Below, piece by piece: positions 1-12,319 of a DNA stretch of 64,000 nt (positions are counted from its first letter, which is position 1; each line of letters starts with the position of its first letter). The notes beneath the pieces are model-generated. The model saw only the letters and a list, made by a program, of their open reading frames with translations. It ran no database searches and was not told the origin of the DNA. A program made the position numbers and the translations under genes. Source of the DNA: Takakia lepidozioides. Its lineage: Eukaryota; Plantae; Bryophyta. The DNA lies in NCBI GenBank assembly GCA_030704615.1, contig CM060731.1, positions 43,710,001 to 43,774,000 on the forward strand. The letters are read 5' to 3'.

Positions 1-1091
1 GCATCATCACGTAGTGTACAGAAATCAAAGGCAATAGTCTTTAATAGAAAGTATGTGTTCTAATAAAGCTCATCTAATGTATTAATGCTCAACAGGAAGA
101 GTTGGAAGCATAGCCAGAAAGATCAAGAAATGGGGGCAGATTCGAATCAGCTCCCTGAAGAAACAACTTGAGTCGACTTCACTTCAGCTTGCTAGTTTTC
201 AATCAATTGCAAGCTTCATGAATCATATTAAGTGAGGGCCCTCACCTGGTCCCATCACATGCAGTCAAAAAACAATGAAGTTAGTGAAGATGTGGAACCC
301 CGGGTGAATATCAGGCCTCACGCTTGTTATCGCTGTACAACATGCGTTCAAAAAGCAAGAAGAGATCAAAAGCAGAGCAAAGATATTCCACAACCTTAAG
401 TGTTTGTGGAAGAGGATTCGACATAGCTCCAAGAACTCGATAATCGACAGCACAAACAAGCAATGATGCTGAAATCTACGAGCATTTTATCAGGTGAAGG
501 GACTTCCTGATGGTTTAAGAGCGACGCTGGATCTTAATGATCGGAACGGCAAGCAGTCACAGCTTAAAGTAGGTTGCCCGCCAAGGGAAGAGACAACCTC
601 ATTGAGGGAATTGAAGGAGGGATTGAAGCTCGGCCGCCTTGCATACCCCAAGCACTGGAGGCTGTCATAAAGCTTCTCCATAGCAATCAAATTCACAAGA
701 TTTGTGCTTAAATGATCCCTTTGACACCATCTCTCAGCTCCATCAGAATCAAAACGCACGAGTATCGTGCAGAGTTTAAGGGCGGAGGAAGAGATAGGGC
801 AAACCTTCGCGATTTCATCCAGAATAGATGAAAAACAGATAATGTAAAGTATTTCCCTGATTCCATTATGATGTCATCCGGTAGTGATGGCATCCAAAAG
901 AAGAGTCTGGCTTTCATTAGGGTTTAGTTTTCATGACCAAACTCATCCAAAGAACCCAGTAATCAGAGAAATTGCTTTAATGGAATTCCTCCATTTTCAT
1001 GATTACATCCATTGTGGATTAAAAAAGGTTTAGACAAAATTAGTCCAAGCCGGTCTGGGTTTTGGAAAAAGTACAAGCAAATTCCTTGTAC

Positions 1092-1141
1092 AGAGGGAGA
1101 GGGAGAGAGGGAGAGAGAGGGGGGGGGGGGGGGGGGAGGGG
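1092..1141. repeat. (GA)n / poly-G simple repeat
   Basis: GAGG/GA run followed by a long G homopolymer, read directly. Confidence 0.9.
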
Positions 1142-1689
1142 CAGATGAAAGTATATATCAGTGGGTTTTTGAAGAGAATTAAACCCTAAGAGTGCGACTT
1201 TAAAATTAATCACGCTAATCTATAGAACTACGGCTTTCTCTCTCAGACCGAGGTTGATGCTATACCGCTTTGCTGGGAAGTTAGGTGCAAAGTGCGATGT
1301 AACAGTATGTTATATTCCTCTGCTTCACCTGTACCTGGAAGCATCATTCGATTAGGGACCCTCTCACAATCAGTTATTGTTTTAGCAGCAACACCTAGTG
1401 AAGACAAAAGGCCTAGTCCATTGATGTTTGATTCAGGCCCAGCTATGTTGATTTATTGGAATTCCAATAGGAGATGGCCTTTCATTTCCTGCTCACAATT
1501 GTTTTTGTTCCTGTCATAAAACCAGAGAACCTCACATCAGAACATATATGCTTACAAATACATACAGATCCATCTGCCCTTTTTCAGTGCTCAAAGACTG
1601 GCACAGACATCAGAATACACATGAGGTTCACCTACCAGGCATCACCCATTCACAATCTCCAAAGCCTCCCTGCCACACCCAATACATAA

Positions 1690-1820
1690 ACAGAGTACAC
1701 ATAAGTTCATTGCTTTGCATCCTCAATGCACCCACATTGGGCATACATGTCCACCAGGGCAGAGTTCAGAATGACATCTGGTACAATTCCAGCTTTGACA
1801 ATGTCACCATAGACCTCTTT
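1690..1820 (-). pseudogene. PLS-class PPR fragment (L/S motif junction)
   Basis: Minus strand reads KEVYGDIVKAGIVPDVILNSALVDMYAQCGCIEDAKQ*, nearly identical to motifs in the PPR gene at 10417-12319. Confidence 0.8.
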
Positions 1821-2030
1821 TGTTACTGTGATGAATCAGTACTTAAGACACCTGAGCATTGGGTTCTTGACAAACATTGTCAACACACACTTAACAACCT
1901 AACTTCCACAATGACCATCTAATTTGCTAAGCTAGTAAATTTTATTGTTTGACATGCAATTATTGATTAGTTAATTTATACGTAACTCGTATGTTCTTGA
2001 CAAAAACGTCAATTGTGAATACACACAAAT

Positions 2031-2687
2031 GCCTTCTCATTTAACAATAATAGGGTCATGAATGCCCGCACATGTGGCTACGACGGGGCCCGCGTGCGGC
2101 AAAGGGGGCCGCGGAGGGTGGGAGCGCCCCTACCTGGACCCCGCCAGTCTGCTTGCTTGTTGGGTGTGCCCGGCAAGCTGGTCTGCTGGGGCCCACAAAA
2201 CACATGAGCTAGTCTGCTTGGGCCCACAATATGCACATAAAGCATTAGTTATTACAAGAATTTGTTGAAAGTGGCGGACAATGTGGTGGTTAAGAGCCAT
2301 GAATGATATACATGAGGTGTGGTGTTCAAATCTCGATACATTGTACCGTGGCAATAATGTGTGTTATAAAATATATATTTTGTCGAGGGGGTCTGCCGTC
2401 TACTGGAGGGGGTCTGCCGGTCTGCTGGAGGGGGTCTGCCCAGTCTGCTGGAGAGGTGCCAGTCCGCTCGTCGGTCTGGAGGGTTTGCTAGAAGGTTGGA
2501 GTCGGTCTGTTGGAGGCGGTGCCCAGTCCGCTAGAAGGTCCACCACGGTAGATTAACAAGGACTTAGAAAAATTTCAGAATCTCGCCGACCCGGTGAATG
2601 GGCGGTGGGCTTATGAGCTCACCCCAAGGGTCGTTCTGGCGGGGCCCGCCCATGCATTCATGACCCTATTATTAAACAATGAGAGGC
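2031..2687. mobile_element. Non-autonomous Mutator-like element (MULE MITE)
   Basis: Imperfect TIRs GCCTTCTCATTTAACAATAATAGGGTCATGAATG / CATTCATGACCCTATTATTAAACAATGAGAGGC; exact 9-bp TSD CACACAAAT at 2022-2030 and 2688-2696; TIR matches the left end of the large MULE at 20379. Confidence 0.9.
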
Positions 2688-3089
2688 CACACAAATCAAA
2701 AAAAAAATTTATTGATTATACCTCCTTCCTTGGAATGTGAAGTCATATCATAATATGATGGCCTAGATGGAAACCACTATAGGGTGAGACATTCTGATCT
2801 GGACGAGCGTACGTGATAGTGGGGTTGCTTCACATATCCTTGCTGCAGGTTTAAGCCCCACATGGGCTATATTGAGGGCCAGCTCAATATAACCCACCTC
2901 TTTGGCAACTTGCATGCACGAGGGCTTCACCCTTAGACAATCCCTCGACCAATAGTTTTTTTTTTTGCTATGGTTTTGTTATGTTTTGTTATAGTTTTTT
3001 TTTTTGCTCTGGTTTTCTTATGTGTCTTATTTGAAGCGCTTATTATCTTGGATAAAAGAGAATAATGTATGTGACTGGTACTGATTGGT

Positions 3090-3395
3090 TGCCTGCTCGA
3101 CCTTCTTGGCCTTGTAGGGCAATTCGATAAGGCAGAGGATTTTGTTCACAAAATGTCAATTGAACCAGCTTTGGAGGGCCTTGCTTTGTGCGTGCAGAAT
3201 TCGGTAATGTGGAGATGGCAGAACGTGCAGCAAAAAGCCTTCTCACTAGGGATCCACAACATGCTAACATATGTGTTGCTATTGAATGTTGTTTTGGCAG
3301 CTGGAAGGTGGGAGGATACAGCAATGGTGAGAAAATAGATGAATCCCGAAGGTGTCAGAAAGGAGCGAGGTTGTTGTTGAATTGAGATAAACATG
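3090..3395 (+). pseudogene. PPR E-domain fragment
   Basis: Frameshifted pieces LWRALLCACR, NVEMAERAAKSLL, YVLLLNVVLAAGRWEDTAMVRK*, GVRKERGC match E1/E2 and the PG box of the gene at 10417. Confidence 0.85.
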
Positions 3396-4643
3396 TCCTA
3401 TGATTGCTGGGCAGCTCGCTGAGGTAGGTATGCTTGAAATGTGGTCGGCTCAACAGCGTGTGGCATTTGATCACGAGAAACTTAGTTATGTTCATGTGCA
3501 GTTGGGGTGTGCTTAAGGAAGCACGAGCCCTTGAGCAGCTGCAATCAAGTCTCAAGTCTAATAAGTTCCACTGGGGCAAATGCTAAATAGGGTTTGTGAT
3601 GTGTTCAAAATGTTTTGGTCAGAGTAATAGAAATCTGACTGTGGTGTGGGAGAAATGCAGGATATGCATTGGCATGGGATTCCCCTAAAGTCAAATTTTT
3701 GAAGGGAAAGCCCAACCTCTTCGCAATGTGATTAGCTAGCAGAAGCAGCAATACTCAACTCCTTGTTTGAGCTTTGGTACCACAACAATGTGAATATATT
3801 GAGGGCTTATCATTGAGGATTTGGTTCCTCCAATAATCAAGGCAAGGGTGCTATCCAGCATATATTGCAACGACTGTTAAGCCAAAGCCTCTATACGTGA
3901 CTATGTTAAGTAGGTGGACACACTCGATTTTCTGTTGTAACTAAGCATGATCAATGGGTGTTTTATTGCCCTGGATGGCCACAATGGAGTAGAGACATTG
4001 TTAGAAGTTGCAGACCTGCTGTAAAAGCCCAATCAAAATTTGAGTTGTCATTTCCATCGAAATTTTTTTCTCTATGTCAATGCTTTGCTGTTTGTAAGTT
4101 ACATGCAGGATGTGGTTATTTTGCGCTCTTGGATGAAAGGTACTGCCTGTCTTTTCATGCTTGTAGCCCATAGTTTCTAGTTGTATTATTAAAAAACAAA
4201 CAACAAACAGCAAAGGGTGAAAGCCAGCTACGGTGGCTAAGAAAAGTCCACTGTGTGGCCTATACAAGAAATCCCAAGGTTTTTCAAAAACTTTATTTGA
4301 TAATTATGGAAAAATTATAGTCGCTAGATTCATCCATGCTGAAAGATATGAACCATCCAAAGTTGACAGTAATAGACACTATGGCAAATTTTCCTAGTAC
4401 AAGATATTATTTCTATTTTTTTATTTTTTTCTTATATTTTATATTTTCGTTATATCGCATAGTGGGACTCGGGCTACTTTTCATCTACACGAAATGTACC
4501 TTTTAGTGAAGCAAGTCCATTGTTTTACTTTGTTTCCATGCATTCATGTACTTTGGCAAAAATCAATTTTTTGAGGCTCACAATAATATGTAGAAGTAAG
4601 ATATTTTTTTTTGATGTTTTTCTACATGACTTTAGTATCTTAA

Positions 4644-5669
4644 TCCTTAACCTCCCAAGGCCGTTTTCAACATTTTGGCCATTTTTGGTACCCCGTAAGA
4701 TTAAAATGCCCATAACTCCTTACCACCTTTCATCCATAGGTTTCAACCATACAACATTGCACCTAGCTTGGTTATGTATAACCACTCCAAATTTGGCATG
4801 ATTCCACCATAGAAATAGAAATATTATAATGGCTTTGTGGACCTTGAATTTGAGCTTCCACACAATACTCCTACCCAAAAAAGGTTTGACCAAAATAAAT
4901 GCTTGCTTTTTGTAATTTTCATTGCTTCGAGACCCACAAATTCCAATGCAATGGTGCCATGACAATGTTCTTGCCAAATTTTAGGGCCATATGAGGGTTT
5001 TTTCTATGGGCTGCTTTGTATGGGTGTATGTGGGGGTACAAAAGGTGAGAAATTGAATGGTGGCAGGAGCCTCCAAAGGAGGTGCAATATTTCCTAACTT
5101 TTTGAGAAAACCGGACGGTAGATATGTGGATGCCATGCCAATGCTCCACAATGTGAAAAATTTTATACAATTTAGTAAAGTTTTAGGAAACTTTTTGGCC
5201 CTAAGTGCAATATTGTTTTGGGACCCACAACCATACTACAGGTGGGGCTTAGGGAGAATTTTTCGGCAAAATATTCTGTTTTTGGGGGGTCACGTCCCAT
5301 GGGCTGCCACCCCATCGGCTGCAGGGGCAACGTGGCGCCACCCGCCCAACCTAAATACGAAGTGAGATCGGGTGGGCCGCCGCATGCAACCTCACCCTAA
5401 ATGGGGACTGCAGCCGGTTTAGTGCTTTGTACCTGCCACTTGTCCAGTCAACTCAAGAAGCGCAGCTCGTTTTGGGCAATGCTGACGGGCCAAAATTCGC
5501 CCATGCCACATTTTTTATTTTCTCTTATTTTTTATTTGAGGAGAGGCTTCCTAAGAGGCAAATCTACATTTCTCATTCAGACCTCATTCCCATCCGAGAG
5601 CATCTTATGATACTGCGGTGAATCTCCCAAAGCAAGTGACCGGATTCTGGTCGCTGGGGAGGTTAAGGG
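4644..5669. mobile_element. piggyBac-like non-autonomous element (TTAA TSD)
   Basis: TTAA|TCCTTAACCTCCCAAG ... CTGGGGAGGTTAAGGG|TTAA: short imperfect TIR (YCCTTAACCTCCC) with TTAA on both sides (4640-4643, 5670-5673). An inner boundary 4651-5662 is also TTAA-flanked. No coding capacity. Confidence 0.55.
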
Positions 5670-6029
5670 TTAAAGAGTAGAGAATACTAATATGAGTCCT
5701 TTTTATCATATTTGTTTTCTATAGTGAGTGCAAAAAGTCCATAACAAGTTTTTTTATGGACTGTGACACTGCGTATGCAATTTTCTAAAGTCCATTACTT
5801 TGACAAATCAACTTCATTTCTCCTTGAGAATTTAAAGGTTAGAGCTTGTAGTAGTTGGAAATATAAGAGTGAGTCCCATTTTCATTGTAATAAAATTTTG
5901 TGTCTAAGGTACAATTGAATCAAACTACGTCATGTAAAACACTGCTATGACACAAAAATGTAGTCATCGTAGTCTGCTTTCACCCCAAACAGCAAGTAAA
6001 AAATAAATGCCGAGAGGAAAAATAAACTA

Positions 6030-6130
6030 CGTTGGCCATACAACAAAGGGAAGCATAACAAACCGCGTTGGCCATACAACAAAGGGAAGCATAACAAACC
6101 ACGTTGGCCATATAGCAAAGGAAAGCATGA
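6030..6130. repeat. 36-bp tandem repeat, about 3 copies
   Basis: CGTTGGCCATACAACAAAGGGAAGCATAACAAACC repeated, third copy diverged. Confidence 0.9.
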
Positions 6131-6974
6131 CGGTAGGCTATAGCACACAACACAAACATGAGTTTGAACCCCAATTCGCAAGGATACTATCGAGACACTC
6201 TACCATCAAGTCATGCTTCATCTTGCAAATATAGAGCTCTTTTTAACCTTTTGAATAGTACTATGAAACAGTGAAGACTAGCTTTGTTTGATAAAAGCTT
6301 TTTTATTTCCAGGGCCATAAAGCAAATGTGAGCACATCCCTAATATAAAAAGATCCCTAATATAAAAAGATCGAGAAAAGAGCCAGTAGTGGGTTCGAAC
6401 CGTACAACATCAAGGATACGCATGACATGTCTTACCATCAAATCACCCATCGACGTTGGAATATATAGGCATGTTTGAAAAATTTTGAACATTGATATTT
6501 CAGTCGTAGTGAAGAATGAGTATTGTTAATGATATCATATTTTTTGTATTGAGCCATTCTTGCTGAGTCATAGTAAATCCTTTCATGGTTATTTAACAAC
6601 AATTCTATCCATTCAATGTATATTTATTATTTATAATTATAGCTGTCAATATCTACAAAACCAAAACACCAAGTAGACAAACACTTGATAGTAGTAGTAA
6701 AATATATCACCATTGATATGGTTTGAACACTTGTTAGTGAAGTTATAGTAAATGTATATTACAAAATATATTTTCATAATTACAGTTGTCCATGTTTGAC
6801 TTAGGGTGGTAGACTAAAGGACTTTGTAGTGAAGCATTTGATAGTTGTAGTGTTTTACTAATATCAGCACATTTCACTATGTGGTGCTAGAAATAGTGAA
6901 AAGTGACAAATAATGAAACTCATAGTAAAATATCGACGGTGCTGAAAACCATGGTGTGTTGTAGTGTTGTGAAT

Positions 6975-7340
6975 GTAAATGCGACGGAATCTCTTATCTT
7001 TGAGAATGTAAAAGTTGGGAATGTAACTTCCTGCAGCATTCATGCAGATGAGGACACTCAACCATTCGCATTGATATGGCGTTATCGAATGGACAGCTCT
7101 GGAACAATCTTGGCAAGCACAACAACACCTCCATCTCGCCCAGCTTGGGCCCCTGACTTATCACAATTCCAAATCATCTCAGCCCCATGTTATGCTTATT
7201 GTACATTTCTCTGTCAGGTTAGCATAGAATGTTTGAACATTTTCAGGGCATAGTCCACGATCAACAGCTGCCATGGCTCCAGTCTAATTCCCGTTTTTAC
7301 ATGGACGTGGTCCTCTTCTTGGCCACCCGGCCCCTTCCTA
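6975..7340 (-). pseudogene. pogo/Tc1-mariner (DDE_1-type) transposase fragment
   Basis: IWNCDKSGAQAGRDGG and LSVLICMNAAGSYIPNFYILKDKRFRR match the pogo motifs I-N-DE-G and V-C-NA-G-P-IFKG; truncated and frameshifted. Confidence 0.8.
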
Positions 7341-8958
7341 ACATGAACTTCTTCATTATTGTCCACATTGAAATCAGTTGGACTGATGGTCCTCTTGTTG
7401 GATGTGTAGTTGTATCGATCATCACTTCAGGTGGAAACTCTTCTGTAAATCCATGACCGACTTGAAATTCAACATTGGAATCTTGCCCTTGGCCCCATTG
7501 ATAGTTCTGATCAACCTCGTCTTCACTTTGACTGTTTGCATGTTCATAACGCTCATTGTATGCACGATCAGAATCACTTGAATGGCTGTCAATCTCTACT
7601 CTGTTGCTACCCTCATCTACCTCAGTGTCTGGCAGTAATCGGAAAGCTTGGGAAGGCCTAAAATCTCAGTCCATGTCACACGACTACTGCAGTAAACACA
7701 CTTCCCCCCTCCAAACTGAATTCTTGCAACTAAACTAACAACTATTGTAAGTTTGCATGACTAAGCCTAAACTGATTAGAAATCATCTCTAATCTCCGCT
7801 CTGGGCTCATGTATGCAATTAGCGAGATATGTGTATTGTAGTCCTTCATATGATTGCAGCGCAAATTTTCAAATGGCCTCCTATGAATTTGAATGTGAGC
7901 AACCGCCCAACACTAAATGAAAAGGAACCGCCGCAAATCTGACCCACTTGATGTGTGTACACCACATCCTCAGCTTTATTAAGGTGCAGCCCTAATCAAA
8001 ATACACATGGTCTAATATTCTATACGCGTTGGTCACGTAACAAATCTACACGTAGATGAGGTTGCCCATAAGTGCATCCAATTTAGCCCACTCAATACCA
8101 CCATTTTAAGAGGTGTATGAACCCACTTTACAGCCCAAAAATAGGGGTCCACTTCAAGACCTGCTCACATTTGGGTGTAACTACCTTATACAATTTCTGC
8201 AGGAAAATGGATTGTTTTGAAGCCCGAGGGTGATAGTTTTGGATTCTTAATCTTAATGGATAATCAAACAACAAAAAATATATGTAACTTGATGGATTTG
8301 AAGGGTTCTGAAGGGACCTAAGATCTGATAAATGCTTGAGGCTGTGGAAAGTGGAAAAAACGTGGATGCACCATACCATACTCGTGGTTTGGTGTATAAA
8401 GAAATTAGTCCTAGGATTGGCTCTCTAAAAGAACAACAACACATCTATCAATTAAAAATGTTGAAGGTAACCAATTCAAGAGAGAAAGACAAGATATAAA
8501 CTTTTCAACTTACACTTAAAATTGGATATGATTGCGATGAAAATATATGCAGTATAAATAATTAAGGGAATTTGAGAGAAACTATATATCTAAGGGAGGT
8601 GCATGTTCATTGTAAGTTTTAGGCGACGAATTAGTTATAACATGGACTTACCATGTATTGACACTGGTGTGATCTCTTTTTATAGAGAAGAGCCAACTAG
8701 CCTTGGCTCCTCCATGTGAATAGTGAAATCTATTTTCATCTATAATAAACTTGAAAATCATCCATTTATTTTTCATCAATTGGTCAATAACATAGATATT
8801 ACCTAAAGGAGGTGTTACCTGGAGAAGGCACATCATGGAAATAAGAGGAGGTGACATGTAGGGAAGGCACACATGGGCTTAGCGATTTTTTACGTTTGAC
8901 AGTGATGAGTAGTCTCCTCTTTATTCTAAAGAGGAGCCAATAAATTCACATATCTCAA

Positions 8959-9022
8959 TAGGGGATTGCGCTTGGATGACACTAGACACTGGCCAACGGT
9001 ACCTTAGTTGCAATAATCTATG
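8959..9022 (+). repeat. hAT-like terminal sequence, copy 1 (identical to 15792-15855)
   Basis: 65-bp exact match between 8958-9022 and 15791-15855; begins TAGGGGATTGC like hAT TIRs. Confidence 0.75.
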
Positions 9023-9335
9023 CTTCTCATTGTTGAATAATTGGGAGTTTAAGGCTCACGTGTGCGACAGGCAGCGGGCCCCATGCACGGATGTCGGGCG
9101 CCCTTGGGTGGCCCCGCCGCGACCCATGACCCGGCCCAGGTGGGTCTGCCGCGAGGATGGGTCTGCCCCAGGTATGGTCTGCCGCGAGGGTGGGTTTGCC
9201 ACCAGATAGGTATGGTCTGCCGCTAGGTAGGGTCCACATGCCCTGACCCTAGGCAAGACTCAGCTCGGGTGGGTCTGCCGCGAGGTAGGGTCCGCAGGCC
9301 CTGACCCTAGGTGGCGTTGGGGCTGACGGCGGCTG
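9022..9335 (+). mobile_element. One-ended fragment of the same MULE family
   Basis: GCTTCTCATTGTTGAATAATTGGG resembles the MULE TIR, followed by GGGCCCC and repeated GGTCTGCCGC motifs; no partner TIR seen. Confidence 0.6.
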
Positions 9336-10416
9336 TTTTCTAGTAATAGTTGCATAGTGTGAAGTAAAATACAGCTCTACAGTGTGAAGTGAAAACAAAC
9401 TATGGACAGGTATCTTTCTTGTGCCACTTCGAGTGAAGATTTGAGAGCTTAGGAAGGAAGCAGCATAGCCAACAGACTGACGAAAAAAAGAGGATATAGA
9501 CCTAGATATGTACATGGTTGAGTAGTATTGTATGGGTAAAGAATATGGCAACAGATCACATAGAGATTGGGAGAGAAATCAGGGGATAGTGAGCAAGCGA
9601 TACGAAACTGTCTTTACCAAGTTGTAGACTAGGCACAGATCACCCTCCGCAAAACACACTCATCCAGCACTCTGTTGGTGTAGGCAATGTAAAATCCGTC
9701 TCAAGAGCTCAGTTCACCAACTTTCAAAATCTCGAGGCAGGGCTTTCTCAAGGCTGTGCCCTGGCTTTTAATTGCTGGTACCTCACACACAGCAGATTGA
9801 TGCTTGTGGGGGAAATCTGGAAAGGCCGTACCAATTGTCACTACTAGAGTGCACCCCTCACAAAGGGAGTGTCTGTTCCCTCTTGTTCTGTGCCTGGTCT
9901 GTGTCCACAAGGCTACGGCAAACATCGTATGAGTACATTCTCTCACGAACAGCAGATTGATGCTTGTGTTATGATGTGTCTGTTCCCTATTGTTCCGCCC
10001 AAACCAGGCGTAGGGTCTATGGCCACAAGGGAAAACAATGTTTCTGAGTACATCTCTCTCTTCGAGAACAACTGTGCAGTCAAATGACAGCAATGTGTCA
10101 CATGTATCCCAATTGGCAGCTGTAGCTTCTGTTTGCTTTTGTTTCTAGCATTATTTAGACCACCCTGTACAGCAATAATCAATGCCTGTAGTTACATTAC
10201 CGTTGGCTGAAGGAGCGCATATGCAATTACAGGCTTGATTCCCCAGCTCCTGCTGGGTAGACCCCATAGCCGGTTCTTGGAGGGTTAAAATGCCATGGAT
10301 GAAATGCCCTCAACAGAATGTCATGGCTAACAATCCCAGGAACAGTGAAGCAACCAAGCAACTTCATTAGCTTAATGAAAGAAGCAAGACACTCACACCT
10401 GTAACAATACATCAAT

Positions 10417-12319
10417 TCACCAGTATTCTTCGCAAGAACAAACCCCATTTACAAAGTGGTGAAAGCGGTTGGCATCCCGTACAAAAATTGCGCGCCCAAC
10501 AATCTTTGAGATAAACTTAGTGGCTGTGTGGCAGTCACCACACACCCGAAGGTTCTTGATGACACGAAGAGGCGTGCCTGGGGCCGTGCTGATCAGCCCA
10601 AAGGCAATAGCCAGCTTCTCACAGTGAAGGCAGAGAAAATTCCTTTTTTGCTCCTCCTCCACATCATGCAACACAAAGCGTGTGTCAGGCACATACCCTG
10701 CCTCCTCCATCTGCCCAGACAGTCTTCTCAGCTCAGCATAGATTTCCTCAATTTGTGGATGCAATTTGTCATCTACCACAAAATTGTGGACCCGGTTGCC
10801 GATCTCTATGTAGCAGGAACCGGGCTGCTTTCGGACACCTCTGATTTTCATCATTTTTCTTACCTTTGCAGTATCATCCCACCTGCCAGCTGTGGCATAG
10901 ATATTTGATAGCATCACATAAGTAGTAGCATCCTGTCGATCCCACCTGAGAATAGATTTTGCCGCACGTTCTGCCACGTTCACATTGCCATGAATTCTAC
11001 AGGCACCAAGCAAGGCTTTCCACACCACCTCGTTGGACTGGCATTTCGTTAATGAAGTCCTCAGCCTCATCCAATTGCCCTGCGTGGCCAAGAAGGTCCA
11101 CCATGCACCCAAAGTGCTCCACTATACGAGTGAGGCCATGATCTCGACTCAGGGAATCGAAGTAGTGTCTGCCTTCATCCACTAGGCCCCCATGGCTACA
11201 TGCTTGGAGAACACTTATAAAGGTGATACTATTTGGCTTGAAGCCTTCCTTTTGCATACCTTCAAACAGTTGCAGGGCTTCCCTACGACAACCATGCTGG
11301 GCATATCCTGCAATCATTGCACTCCATGAAACCACATTTTGTTCAGCCATTTTGTCAAACACTCCCTTTGCATCCTTGACGCTCCCGCATTTAGCATACA
11401 TGTCCATGAGGGCAGTGTCCAGAATGACACCTGGTACAATTCCAGCTTTCATGATGTTAGCATGGACTTCTTTGCCCTTTTCGAGAGCTGTCAGGCAGGC
11501 ACAAGCATTGCAAGCCAAAACGAACGTAACCTGGTCAGGCTTCGCCACTTCCTGCATCATTTGCTCATAGGTCCCCAAAGTCTCCATCCAGCACTCATGC
11601 TGGGCATATCCTGTGATCATTGCATTCCAGGACACCAAATTTCGTTCAGCCATATTGGCATCTTCGATGCTCCCGCATTTTGCATACATGTCCACAAGGG
11701 TACTGTTCAGAATGGTATCTGGTACAATTCCAGTTCTCAAGATGTCAGCGTGGACCTCTTTGCCTTTTTCCAGGGCTACCAAGCTCGTACACACATTGCA
11801 AACGCAGACCAGGTCATGATGTCCGCATGGACCTCTTTGCCCTTTTCTAGGGCTGCCAGTCTCGCACAAGCCTTGAGAATGCAAACAAATGTGACCAGAT
11901 CGGGCATCACCCCTTGCTGTATCATTTGATCATATGTCTCCGAGGCATTCCTACCACAACCATGCTTGGTATATCCTGCCATCATTATAGTCCACGAAAA
12001 CATATTTCGTTCCGGCATTTTGTCAAAGACAAGGTATGCATCCAGGAAGCTCCCGCATTTAACATACATGTTGATGAGGGCATTGTTTAGGAACACATTT
12101 GGCTCAAATCCACTTTGGATAATGTGGGTATGCACCTGCTTTGCATTTGTGCAAAAGACAGATATAAGTCTCAGAATCTGCTGAAATGCCTCCTTGGTTC
12201 AAAATATGCAGAGCCTCTTTCAGTTGTCCTGCATCACATAGTGTCCTCAATTGCCCGCAAGTGCCAGAAGAGATCTTGTGGAGTCCCTCTCTTGGTCCTG
12301 TTTCGGAAGCATTGGTCAT
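10417..12319 (-). pseudogene. PLS-class PPR-E-DYW RNA-editing factor, frameshifted
   Basis: P-L-S triplets (NMFSWTIMMAGY, TFVCILKACA, ALMDMYAKCG), E1/E2, PG box KQPGSCYIEI, HCEKLAIAFG (HxE), [11 protein letters not shown]-terminus CSCEEYW; split over four frames with internal deletions. Confidence 0.92.

Noticed and set aside
240-700. LINE ORF1 remnant (ACYRC)
   Set aside because: A single partial motif with no other support.
6030-6130. CRISPR-like array
   Set aside because: The 36-bp units are contiguous with no unique spacers, in a eukaryotic context.
8958-9022. C/D box snoRNA
   Set aside because: Only a weak C-box-like GGATGA and no D box; the inverted third copy fits a transposon end better.
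9701-10093. RING-finger gene (PCGH motif)
   Set aside because: The remaining Cys/His ligands are missing and the region shows only a short internal duplication.
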